Translations under genes and position numbers: made by a program | From: the human T2T-CHM13v2.0 reference genome, Homo sapiens | Assembly (NCBI RefSeq): GCF_009914755.1 | Contig: NC_060934.1 | DNA length: 64,000 nt | Reading direction: 5' to 3' (one strand) | Shown here: piece by piece, positions 42,701 through 54,208 of the stretch | How positions within the stretch are numbered: the stretch's first letter is position 1 | How the letters are laid out: each line of letters begins with the position of its first letter | The notes under the pieces: generated by a model | Databases searched by the model: none | What the model was told of the DNA's origin: nothing | Seen by the model: only the letters and a program-made list of their open reading frames with translations

Positions 42701-45380
42701 CACAGAATCATTCTCAACAACTACTTTGTGATGTGTGCGTTCAACTCACAGAGTTTAACCTTTCTTTTCATAGAGCAGTTTGGAAACACTCTGTTTGTAA
42801 AGCCTGCAAGTGCTTTTTTGGACTTCATTGAGGCCTTCGTTGGAAACGGGATTTCTTCATATAATGCTAGACAGAAGAATTCTCAGTCACTTCTTTGTGT
42901 TGTGTGTATTCAAGTCACAGAGTTGAACCTTCCTTTAGACAGAGCAGTTTTGAAAAATTCTTTCTGTGTAATTTGCAAGTGGAGATTTCAAGCGATTTGA
43001 GGCTAATCTTTGAAAAGGAAATATCTTCGTGTAAAAACTACACAGAATCATTCTCAGAAACTGCTTTGTCATCTGTGCGTTCAGTTCACAGAGTTTCACC
43101 TTTCTCTTCATAGAGCAGTTTGGAAAGACTCTGTCTGTAAAGTCTGCAAGTGATTAGTTAGACCCCTTTGAGGCCTTCGTTGGAAGTGGGATTTCTCATT
43201 TACTGCTAGACAGAAGAATTCTCAGTAAATTCTTTGTGTTGTGTGTATTCAACTCACAGAGTGGAACCTTCCTTTATTCAGAGCAGTTTTGAAACACTCT
43301 TTTTGTGGAATTTGCAAGTGGAGATTTCAAGCGATTTGACGCCAATCTTAGACATGGAAATATCTTCATATTAAAAGTACACAGAGTCATTCGTAGAAAC
43401 TGGTTTGTGATGTGTGCCTTCAACTCACAGAGTTTAACCTTTCTTTTCATAGAGCAGTTTGGAAACACTCTATTTGTAAAGTCTGCAAGTGGATATTTGG
43501 ACCTCTTTGAGGCCTTCGTTGGAAACGGGATTTCTTCATACAACGCTAGACAGAAGAATTCTCAGTAACTTCTTTGTGTTGTGTGTATTCAACTCACAGA
43601 GTTGAACCTTTCTTTAGAGAGAGCAGAGTTGAAACACTCTGTTTTTGGAATTTGCAACTGCAGATTTCAAGCGATTCTAGGCCTATGGCAGAAAAGGAAA
43701 TATCTTCGTATAAAAACTACACAGAATCATTCTCAACAACTACTTTGTGATGTGTGCGTTCAACTCACAGAGTTTAACCTTTCTTTTCATAGAGCAGTTT
43801 GGAAACACTCTGTTTGTAAAGCCTGCAAGTGCTTTTTTGGACTTCATTGAGGCCTTCGTTGGAAACGGGATTTCTTCATATAATGCTAGACAGAAGAATT
43901 CTCAGTCACTTCTTTGTGTTGTGTGTATTCAAGTCACAGAGTTGAACCTTCCTTTAGACAGAGCAGTTTTGAAAAATTCTTTCTGTGGAGTTTGCAAGTG
44001 GAGATTTCAAGCGATTTGAGGCTAATCTTTGAAATGGAAATATCTTCGTGTAAAAACTACACAGAATCATTCTCAGAAACTGCTTTGTCATCTGTGCGTT
44101 CAGTTCACAGAGTTTCACCTTTCTCTTCATAGAGCAGTTTGGAAAGACTCTGTCTGTAAAGTCTGCAAGTGATTAGTTAGACCCCTTTGAGGCCTTCGTT
44201 GGAAGCGGGATTTCTCATTTACTGCTAGACAGAAGAATTCTCAGTAAATCCTTTGTGTTGTGTGTATTCAACTCACAGAGTGGAACCTTCCTTTATTCAG
44301 AGCAGTTTTGAAACACTCTTTTTGTGGAATTTGCAAGTGGAGATTTCAAGCGATTTGACGCCAATCTTAGACATGGAAATATCTTCATATTAAAAGTACA
44401 CAGAGTCATTCGTAGAAACTAGTTTGTGATGTGTGCCTTCAACTCACAGAGTTTAACCTTTCTTTTCATAGAGCAGTTGGGAAACACTCTATTTGTAAAG
44501 TCTGCAAGTGGATATTTGGACCTCTTTGAGGCCTTCGTTGGAAACGGGATTTCTTCATATAACGCTAGACAGAAGAATTCTCAGTAACTTCTTTGTGTTG
44601 TGTGTATTCAACTCACAGAGTTGAACCTTTCTTTAGAGGGAGCAGAGGTGAAACACTCTTTTTGTGGAATTTGCTAGTGTAGATTTCAAACGCTTCGAAG
44701 ACAGTGATAGAAAAGGATATATCTTCGTATTAAAAGTAGACAAAATCATTCTCAGAAAACTCTTTGTGATGTGTGTGTTCAACTCACAGAGTTTAACCTT
44801 TCTTTAATCGAGCAGTTTGGAAATACACTCTTTGTAAGTCTGCAGGTGGATATTTGGCCCTCTTTGAGCCCTTCGTTGGAAACGGGATTTCCTAATATAA
44901 TGCTAGACAGAAGAATTCTCAGTAACTTCTTTGTGTTGTTTGTATTCAACACACAGATTTGAACCTTCCTTTAGAGAGAGCAGATTTGAAACACTCTGTT
45001 TTTGGAATTTGCAAGTGCAGATTTCAAGCGCTTCTAGGCCTATGGCAGAAAAGGAAATATCTTCGTATAAAAACTACACAGAATCATTCTCAACAACTAC
45101 TTTGTGATGTGTGCGTTCAACTCACAGAGTTCAACTCACCTTTCTTTTCATAGAGCAGTTTGGAAACACTCTGTTTGTAAAGCCTGCAAGTGCTTTTTTG
45201 GACTTCATTGAGGCCTTCGTTGGAAACGGGATTTCTTCATATAATGCTAGACAGAAGAATTCTCAGTCACTTCTTTGTGTTGTGTGTATTCAAGTCACAG
45301 AGTTGAACCTTCCTTTAGACAGAGCAGTTTTGAAAAATTCTTTCTGTGGAGTTTGCAAGTGGAGATTTCAAGCGATTTGA

Positions 45381-47077
45381 GGCTAATCTTTGAAATGGAA
45401 ATATCTTCGTGTAAAAACTACACAGAATCATTCTCAGAAATTGCTTTGTCATCTGTGCGTTCAGTTCACAGAGTTTCACCTTTCTCTTCATAGAGCAGTT
45501 TGGAAAGACTCTGTCTGTAAAGTCTGCAAGTGATTAGTTAGAACCCTTTGAGGCCTTCGTTGGAAGCGGGATTTCTCATTTACTGCTAGACAGAAGAATT
45601 CTCAGTAAATCCTTTGTGTTGTGTGTATTCAACTCACAGAGTGGAACCTTCCTTTATTCAGAGCAGTTTTGAAACACTCTTTTTGTGGAATTTGCAAGTG
45701 GAGATTTCAAGCGATTTGACGCCAATCTTAGACATGGAAATATCTTCATATTAAAAGTACACAGAGTCATTCGTAGAAACTAGTTTGTGATGTGTGCCTT
45801 CAACTCACAGAGTTTAACCTTTCTTTTCATAGAGCAGTTGGGAAACACTCTATTTGTAAAGTCTGCAAGTGGATATTTGGACCTCTTTGAGGCCTTCGTT
45901 GGAAACGGGATTTCTTCATATAACGCTAGACAGAAGAATTCTCAGTAACTTCTTTGTGTTGTGTGTATTCAACTCACAGAGTTGAACCTTTCTTTAGAGG
46001 GAGCAGAGGTGAAACACTCTTTTTGTGGAATTTGCTGGTGTAGATTTCAAACGCTTCGAAGACAGTGATAGAAAAGGATATATCTTCGTATTAAAAGTAG
46101 ACAAAATCATTCTCAGAAAACTCTTTGTGATGTGTGTGTTCAACTCACAGAGTTTAACCTTTCTTTAATCGAGAAGTTTGGAAATACACTCTTTGTAAGT
46201 CTGCAGGTGGATATTTGGCCCTCTTTGAGCCCTTCGTTGGAAACGTGATTTCCTCATATAATGCTAGACAGAAGAATTCTCAGTAACTTCTTTGTGTTGT
46301 TTGTATTCAACACACAGATTTGAACCTTCCTTTAGAGAGAGCAGATTTGAAACACTCTGTTTTTGGAATTTGCAAGTGCATATTTCAAGCGCTTCTAGGC
46401 CTATGGCAGAAAAGGAAATATCTTCATATAAAAACTACACAGAATCATTCTCAACAACTACTTTGTGATGTGTGCGTTCAACTCACAGAGTTTAACCTTT
46501 CTTTTCATAGAGCAGTTTGGAAACACTCTGTTTGTAAAGTCTGCAAGTGGATATTTGGACCTCTTTGAGGCCTTCGTTGGAAACGGGATTTCTTCATACA
46601 ACGCTAGACAGAAGAATTCTCAGTAACTTCTTTGTGTTGTGTGTATTCAACTCACAGAGTTGAACCTTTCTTTAGAGAGAGCAGAGTTGAAACACTCTGT
46701 TTTTGGAATTTGCAACTGCAGATTTCAAGCGATTCTAGGCCTATGGCAGAAAAGGAAATATCTTCGTATAAAAACTACACAGAATCATTCTCAACAACTA
46801 CTTTGTGATGTGTGCGTTCAACTCACAGAGTTTAACCTTTCTTTTCATAGAGCAGTTTGGAAACACTCTGTTTGTAAAGCCTGCAAGTGCTTTTTTGGAC
46901 TTCATTGAGGCCTTCGTTGGAAACGGGATTTCTTCATGTAATGCTAGACAGAAGAATTCTCAGTCACTTCTTTGTGTTGTGTGTATTCAAGTCACAGAGT
47001 TGAACCTTCCTTTAGACAGAGCAGTTTTGAAAAATTCTTTCTGTGGAGTTTGCAAGTGGAGATTTCAAGCGATTTGA
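45381..47077 (+). repeat. 10-mer HOR structural variant (1697 bp), copy 1
   Basis: Landmark spacing is 1697 bp. The hybrid monomer at ~46530-46545 has ...CTCTGTTTGTAAAG continuing as TCTGCAAGTGGATATTTGGACC instead of CCTGCAAGTGCTTTTTTGG. Confidence 0.9.
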
Positions 47078-48267
47078 GGCTAATCTTTGAAATGGAAATA
47101 TCTTCGTGTAAAAACTACACAGAATCATTCTCAGAAACTGCTTTGTCATCTGTGCGTTCAGTTCACAGAGTTTCACCTTTCTCTTCATAGAGCAGTTTGG
47201 AAAGACTCTGTCTGTAAAGTCTGCAAGTGATTAGTTAGACCCCTTTGAGGCCTTCGTTGGAAGAGGGATTTCTCATTTACTGCTAGACAGAAGAATTCTC
47301 AGTAAATCCTTTGTGTTGTGTGTATTCATCTCACAGAGTGGAACCTTCCTTTATTCAGAGCAGTTTTGAAACACTCTTTTTGTGGAATTTGCAAGTGGAG
47401 ATTTCAAGCGATTTGACGCCAATCTTAGACATGGAAATATCTTCATATTAAAAGTACACAGAGTCATTCGTAGAAAGTAGTTTGTGATGTGTGCCTTCAA
47501 CTCACAGAGTTTAACCTTTCTTTTCATAGAGCAGTTGGGAAACACTCTATTTGTAAAGTCTGCAAGTGGATATTTGGACCTCTTTGAGGCCTTCGTTGGA
47601 AACGGGATTTCTTCATATAACGCTAGACAGAAGAATTCTCAGTAACTTCTTGGTGTTGTGTGTATTCAACTCACAGAGTTGAACCTTTCTTTAGAGGGAG
47701 CAGAGGTGAAACACTCTTTTTGTGGAATTTGCTAGTGTAGATTTCAAAAGCTTCGAAGACAGTGATAGAAAAGGATATATCTTCGTATTAAAAGTAGACA
47801 AAATCATTCTCAGAAAACTCTTTGTGATGTGTGTGTTCAACTCACAGAGTTTAACCTTTCTTTAGAGAGAGCAGAGTTGAAACACTCTGTTTTTGGAATT
47901 TGCAAGTTCAGATTTCAAGCGCTTCTAGGCCTAGGGCAGAAAAGGAAATATCTTCGTATAAAAACTACACAGAATCATTCTCAACAACTACTTTGTGATG
48001 TGTGCGTTCAACTCACAGAGTTTAACCTTTCTTTTCATAGAGCAGTTTGGAAACACTCTGTTTGTAAAGCCTGCAAGTGCTTTTTTGGACTTCATTGAGG
48101 CCTTCGTTGGAAACGGGATTTCTTCATATAATGCTAGACAGAAGAATTCTCAGTCACTTCTTTGTGTTGTGTGTATTCAAGTCACAGAGTTGAACCTTCC
48201 TTTAGACAGAGCAGTTTTGAAAAATTCTTTCTGTGGAGTTTGCAAGTGGAGATTTCAAGCGATTTGA
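47078..48267 (+). repeat. 7-mer HOR structural variant (1190 bp), copy 1
   Basis: Landmark spacing is 1190 bp. The junction TTTAACCTTTCTTTAGAGAGAGCAGAGTTG lies at ~47850-47880, and the CENP-B boxes at 47591 and 48102 are 511 bp apart. Confidence 0.9.
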
Positions 48268-49624
48268 GGCTAATCTTTGAAATGGAAATATCTTCGTGTA
48301 AAAACTACACAGAATCATTCTCAGAAACTGCTTTGTCATCTGTGCGTTCAGTTCACAGAGTTTCACCTTTCTCTTCATAGAGCAGTTTGGAAAGACTCTG
48401 TCTGTAAAGTCTGCAAGTGATTAGTTAGACCCCTTTGAGGCCTTCGTTGGAAGCGGGATTTCTCATTTACTGCTAGACAGAAGAATTCTCAGTAAATCCT
48501 TTGTGTTGTGTGTATTCAACTCACAGAGTGGAACCTTCCTTTATTCAGAGCAGTTTTGAAACACTCTTTTTGTGGAATTTGCAAGTGGAGATTTCAAGCG
48601 ATTTGACGCCAATCTTAGACATGGAAATATCTTCATATTAAAAGTACACAGAGTCATTCGTAGAAACTAGTTTGTGATGTGTGCCTTCAACTCACAGAGT
48701 TTAACCTTTCTTTTCATAGAGCAGTTGGGAAACACTCTATTTGTAAAGTCTGCAAGTGGATATTTGGACCTCTTTGAGGCCTTCGTTGGAAACGGGATTT
48801 CTTCATATAACGCTAGACAGAAGAATTCTCAATAACTTCTTTGTGTTGTGTGTATTCAACTCACAGAGTTGAACCTTTCTTTAGAGGGAGCAGAGGTGAA
48901 ACACTCTTTTTGTGGAATTTGCTGGTGTAGATTTCAAACGCTTCGAAGACAGTGATAGAAAAGGATATATCTTCGTATTAAAAGTAGACAAAATCATTCT
49001 CAGAAAACTCTTTGTGATGTGTGTGTTCAACTCACAGAGTTTAACCTTTCTTTAATCGAGCAGTTTGGAAATACACTCTTTGTAAGTCTGCAGGTGGATA
49101 TTTGGCCCTCTTTGAGCCCTTCGTTGGAAACGGGATTTCCTCATATAATGCTAGACAGAAGAATTCTCAGTAACTTCTTTGTGTTGTTTGTATTCAACAC
49201 ACAGATTTGAACCTTCCTTTAGAGAGAGCAGATTTGAAACACTCTGTTTTTGGAATTTGCAAGTGCAGATTTCAAGCGCTTCTAGGCCTATGGCAGAAAA
49301 GGAAATATCTTCGTATAAAAACTACACAGAATCATTCTCAACAACTACTTTGTGATGTGTGCGTTCAACTCACAGAGTTTAACCTTTCTTTTCATAGAGC
49401 AGTTTGGAAACACTCTGTTTGTAAAGCCTGCAAGTGCTTTTTTGGACTTCATTGAGGCCTTCGTTGGAAACGGGATTTCTTCATATAATGCTAGACAGAA
49501 GAATTCTCAGTCCCTTCTTTGTGTTGTGTGTATTCAAGTCACAGAGTTGAACCTTCCTTTAGACAGAGCAGTTTTGAAAAATTCTTTCTGTGGAGTTTGC
49601 AAGTGGAGATTTCAAGCGATTTGA

Positions 49625-52600
49625 GGCTAATCTTTGAAATGGAAATATCTTCGTGTAAAAACTACACAGAATCATTCTCAGAAACTGCTTTGTCATCTGT
49701 GCGTTCAGTTCACAGAGTTTCACCTTTCTCTTCATAGAGCAGTTTGGAAAGACTCTGTCTGTAAAGTCTGCAAGTGATTAGTTAGACCCCTTTGAGGCCT
49801 TCGTTGGAAGCGGGATTTCTCATTTACTGCTAGACAGAAGAATTCTCAGTAAATCCTTTGTGTTGTGTGTATTCAACTCACAGAGTGGAACCTGCCTTTA
49901 TTCAGAGCAGTTTTGAAACACTCTTTTTGTGGAATTTGCAAATGGAGATTTCAAGCGATTTGACGCCAATCTTAGACATGGAAATATCTTCATATTAAAA
50001 GTACACAGAGTCATTCGTAGAAACTAGTTTGTGATGTGTGCCTTCAACTCACAGAGTTTAACCTTTCTTTTCATAGAGCAGTTGGGAAACACTCTATTTG
50101 TAAAGTCTGCAAGTGGATATTTGGACCTCTTTGATGCCTTCGTTGGAAACGGGATTTCTTCATATAACGCTAGACAGAAGAATTCTCAGTAACTTCTTTG
50201 TGTTGTGTGTATTCAACTCACAGAGTTGAACCTTTCTTTAGAGGGAGCAGAGGTGAAACACTCTTTTTGTGGAATTTGCTAGTGTAGATTTCAAACGCTT
50301 CGAAGACAGTGATAGAAAAGGATATATTTTCGTATTAAAAGTAGACAAAATCATTCTCAGAAAACTCTTTGTGATGTGTGTGTTCAACTCACAGAGTTTA
50401 ACCTTTCTTTAATCGAGCAGTTTGGAAATACACTCTTTGTAAGTCTGCAGGTGGATATTTGGCCGTCTTTGAGCCCTTCGTTGGAAACGGGATTTCCTCA
50501 TATAATGCTAGACAGAAGAATTCTCAGTAACTTCTTTGTGTTGTTTGTATTCAACACACAGATTTGAACCTTCCTTTAGAGAGAGCAGATTTGAAACACT
50601 CTGTTTTTGGAATTTGCAAGTGCAGATTTCAAGCGCTTCTAGGCCTATGGCAGAAAAGGAAATATCTTCGTATAAAAACTACACAGAATCATTCTCAACA
50701 ACTACTTTGTGATGTGTGCGTTCAACTCACAGAGTTTAACCTTTCTTTTCATAGAGCAGTTTGGAAACACTCTGTTTGTAAAGTCTGCAAGTGGATATTT
50801 GGACCTCTTTGAGGCCTTCGTTGGAAACGGGATTTCTTCATACAACGCTAGACAGAAGAATTCTCAGTAACTTCTTTGTGTTGTGTGTATTCAACTCACA
50901 GAGTTGAACCTTTCTTTAGAGAGAGCAGAGTTGAAACACTCTGTTTTTGGAATTTGCAACTGCAGATTTCAAGCGATTCTAGGCCTATGGCAGAAAAGGA
51001 AATATCTTCGTATAAAAACTACACAGAATCATTCTCAACAACTACTTTGTGATGTGTGCGTTCAACTCACAGAGTTTAACCTTTCTTTTCATAGAGCAGT
51101 TTGGAAACACTCTGTTTGTAAAGCCTGCAAGTGCTTTTTTGGACTTCATTGAGGCCTTCGTTGGAAACGGGATTTCTTCATGTAATGCTAGACAGAAGAA
51201 TTCTCAGTCACTTCTTTGTGTTGTGTGTATTCAAGTCACAGAGTTGAACCTTCCTTTAGACAGAGCAGTTTTGAAAAATTCTTTCTGTGGAGTTTGCAAG
51301 TGGAGATTTCAAGCGATTTGAGGCTAATCTTTGAAATGGAAATATCTTCGTGTAAAAACTACACAGAATCATTCTCAGAAACTGCTTTGTCATCTGTGCG
51401 TTCAGTTCACAGAGTTTCACCTTTCTCTTCATAGAGCAGTTTGGAAAGACTCTGTCTGTAAAGTCTGCAAGTGATTAGTTAGACCCCTTTGAGGCCTTCG
51501 TTGGAAGAGGGATTTCTCATTTACTGCTAGACAGAAGAATTCTCAGTAAATCCTTTGTGTTGTGTGTATTCATCTCACAGAGTGGAACCTTCCTTTATTC
51601 AGAGCAGTTTTGAAACACTCTTTTTGTGGAATTTGCAAGTGGAGATTTCAAGCGATTTGACGCCAATCTTAGACATGGAAATATCTTCATATTAAAAGTA
51701 CACAGAGTCATTCGTAGAAAGTAGTTTGTGATGTGTGCCTTCAACTCACAGAGTTTAACCTTTCTTTTCATAGAGCAGTTGGGAAACACTCTATTTGTAA
51801 AGTCTGCAAGTGGATATTTGGACCTCTTTGATGCCTTCGTTGGAAACGGGATTTCTTCATATAACGCTAGACAGAAGAATTCTCAGTAACTTCTTTGTGT
51901 TGTGTGTATTCAACTCACAGAGTTGAACCTTTCTTTAGAGGGAGCAGAGGTGAAACACTCTTTTTGTGGAATTTGCTAGTGTAGATTTCAAACGCTTCGA
52001 AGACAGTGATAGAAAAGGATATATTTTCGTATTAAAAGTAGACAAAATCATTCTCAGAAAACTCTTTGTGATGTGTGTGTTCAACTCACAGAGTTTAACC
52101 TTTCTTTAATCGAGCAGTTTGGAAATACACTCTTTGTAAGTCTGCAGGTGGATATTTGGCCGTCTTTGAGCCCTTCGTTGGAAACGGGATTTCCTCATAT
52201 AATGCTAGACAGAAGAATTCTCAGTAACTTCTTTGTGTTGTTTGTATTCAACACACAGATTTGAACCTTCCTTTAGAGAGAGCAGATTTGAAACACTCTG
52301 TTTTTGGAATTTGCAAGTGCAGATTTCAAGCGCTTCTAGGCCTATGGCAGAAAAGGAAATATCTTCGTATAAAAACTACACAGAATCATTCTCAACAACT
52401 ACTTTGTGATGTGTGCGTTCAACTCACAGAGTTTAACCTTTCTTTTCATAGAGCAGTTTGGAAACACTCTGTTTGTAAAGTCTGCAAGTGGATATTTGGA
52501 CCTCTTTGAGGCCTTCGTTGGAAACGGGATTTCTTCATACAACGCTAGACAGAAGAATTCTCAGTAACTTCTTTGTGTTGTGTGTATTCAACTCACAGAG

Positions 52601-53018
52601 TTGAACCTTTCTTTAGAGAGAGCAGAGTTGAAACACTCTGTTTTTGGAATTTGCAACTGCAGATTTCAAGCGATTCTAGGCCTATGGCAGAAAAGGAAAT
52701 ATCTTCGTATAAAAACTACACAGAATCATTCTCAACAACTACTTTGTGATGTGTGCGTTCAACTCACAGAGTTTAACCTTTCTTTTCATAGAGCAGTTTG
52801 GAAACACTCTGTTTGTAAAGCCTGCAAGTGCTTTTTTGGACTTCATTGAGGCCTTCGTTGGAAACGGGATTTCTTCATGTAATGCTAGACAGAAGAATTC
52901 TCAGTCACTTCTTTGTGTTGTGTGTATTCAAGTCACAGAGTTGAACCTTCCTTTAGACAGAGCAGTTTTGAAAAATTCTTTCTGTGGAGTTTGCAAGTGG
53001 AGATTTCAAGCGATTTGA
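49625..53018 (+). repeat. Two adjacent 10-mer HOR variants (2 x 1697 bp), copies 2 and 3
   Basis: Landmarks at 49624, 51321 and 53018; the same hybrid junction as copy 1 appears at ~50784 and ~52481. Confidence 0.9.
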
Positions 53019-54208
53019 GGCTAATCTTTGAAATGGAAATATCTTCGTGTAAAAACTACACAGAATCATTCTCAGAAACTGCTTTGTCATCTGTGCGTTC
53101 AGTTCACAGAGTTTCACCTTTCTCTTCATAGAGCAGTTTGGAAAGACTCTGTCTGTAAAGTCTGCAAGTGATTAGTTAGACCCCTTTGAGGCCTTCGTTG
53201 GAAGAGGGATTTCTCATTTACTGCTAGACAGAAGAATTCTCAGTAAATCCTTTGTGTTGTGTGTATTCATCTCACAGAGTGGAACCTTCCTTTATTCAGA
53301 GCAGTTTTGAAACACTCTTTTTGTGGAATTTGCAAGTGGAGATTTCAAGCGATTTGACGCCAATCTTAGACATGGAAATATCTTCATATTAAAAGTACAC
53401 AGAGTCATTCGTAGAAAGTAGTTTGTGATGTGTGCCTTCAACTCACAGAGTTTAACCTTTCTTTTCATAGAGCAGTTGGGAAACACTCTATTTGTAAAGT
53501 CTGCAAGTGGATATTTGGACCTCTTTGAGGCCTTCGTTGGAAACGGGATTTCTTCATATAACGCTAGACAGAAGAATTCTCAGTAACTTCTTGGTGTTGT
53601 GTGTATTCAACTCACAGAGTTGAACCTTTCTTTAGAGGGAGCAGAGGTGAAACACTCTTTTTGTGGAATTTGCTAGTGTAGATTTCAAAAGCTTCGAAGA
53701 CAGTGATAGAAAAGGATATATCTTCGTATTAAAAGTAGACAAAATCATTCTCAGAAAACTCTTTGTGATGTGTGTGTTCAACTCACAGAGTTTAACCTTT
53801 CTTTAGAGAGAGCAGAGTTGAAACACTCTGTTTTTGGAATTTGCAAGTTCAGATTTCAAGCGCTTCTAGGCCTAGGGCAGAAAAGGAAATATCTTCGTAT
53901 AAAAACTACACAGAATCATTCTCAACAACTACTTTGTGATGTGTGCGTTCAACTCACAGAGTTTAACCTTTCTTTTCATAGAGCAGTTTGGAAACACTCT
54001 GTTTGTAAAGCCTGCAAGTGCTTTTTTGGACTTCATTGAGGCCTTCGTTGGAAACGGGATTTCTTCATATAATGCTAGACAGAAGAATTCTCAGTCACTT
54101 CTTTGTGTTGTGTGTATTCAAGTCACAGAGTTGAACCTTCCTTTAGACAGAGCAGTTTTGAAAAATTCTTTCTGTGGAGTTTGCAAGTGGAGATTTCAAG
54201 CGATTTGA
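53019..54208 (+). repeat. 7-mer HOR structural variant (1190 bp), copy 2
   Basis: Landmark spacing is 1190 bp. The identical junction lies at ~53794, and the CENP-B boxes at 53532 and 54043 are 511 bp apart. Confidence 0.9.
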
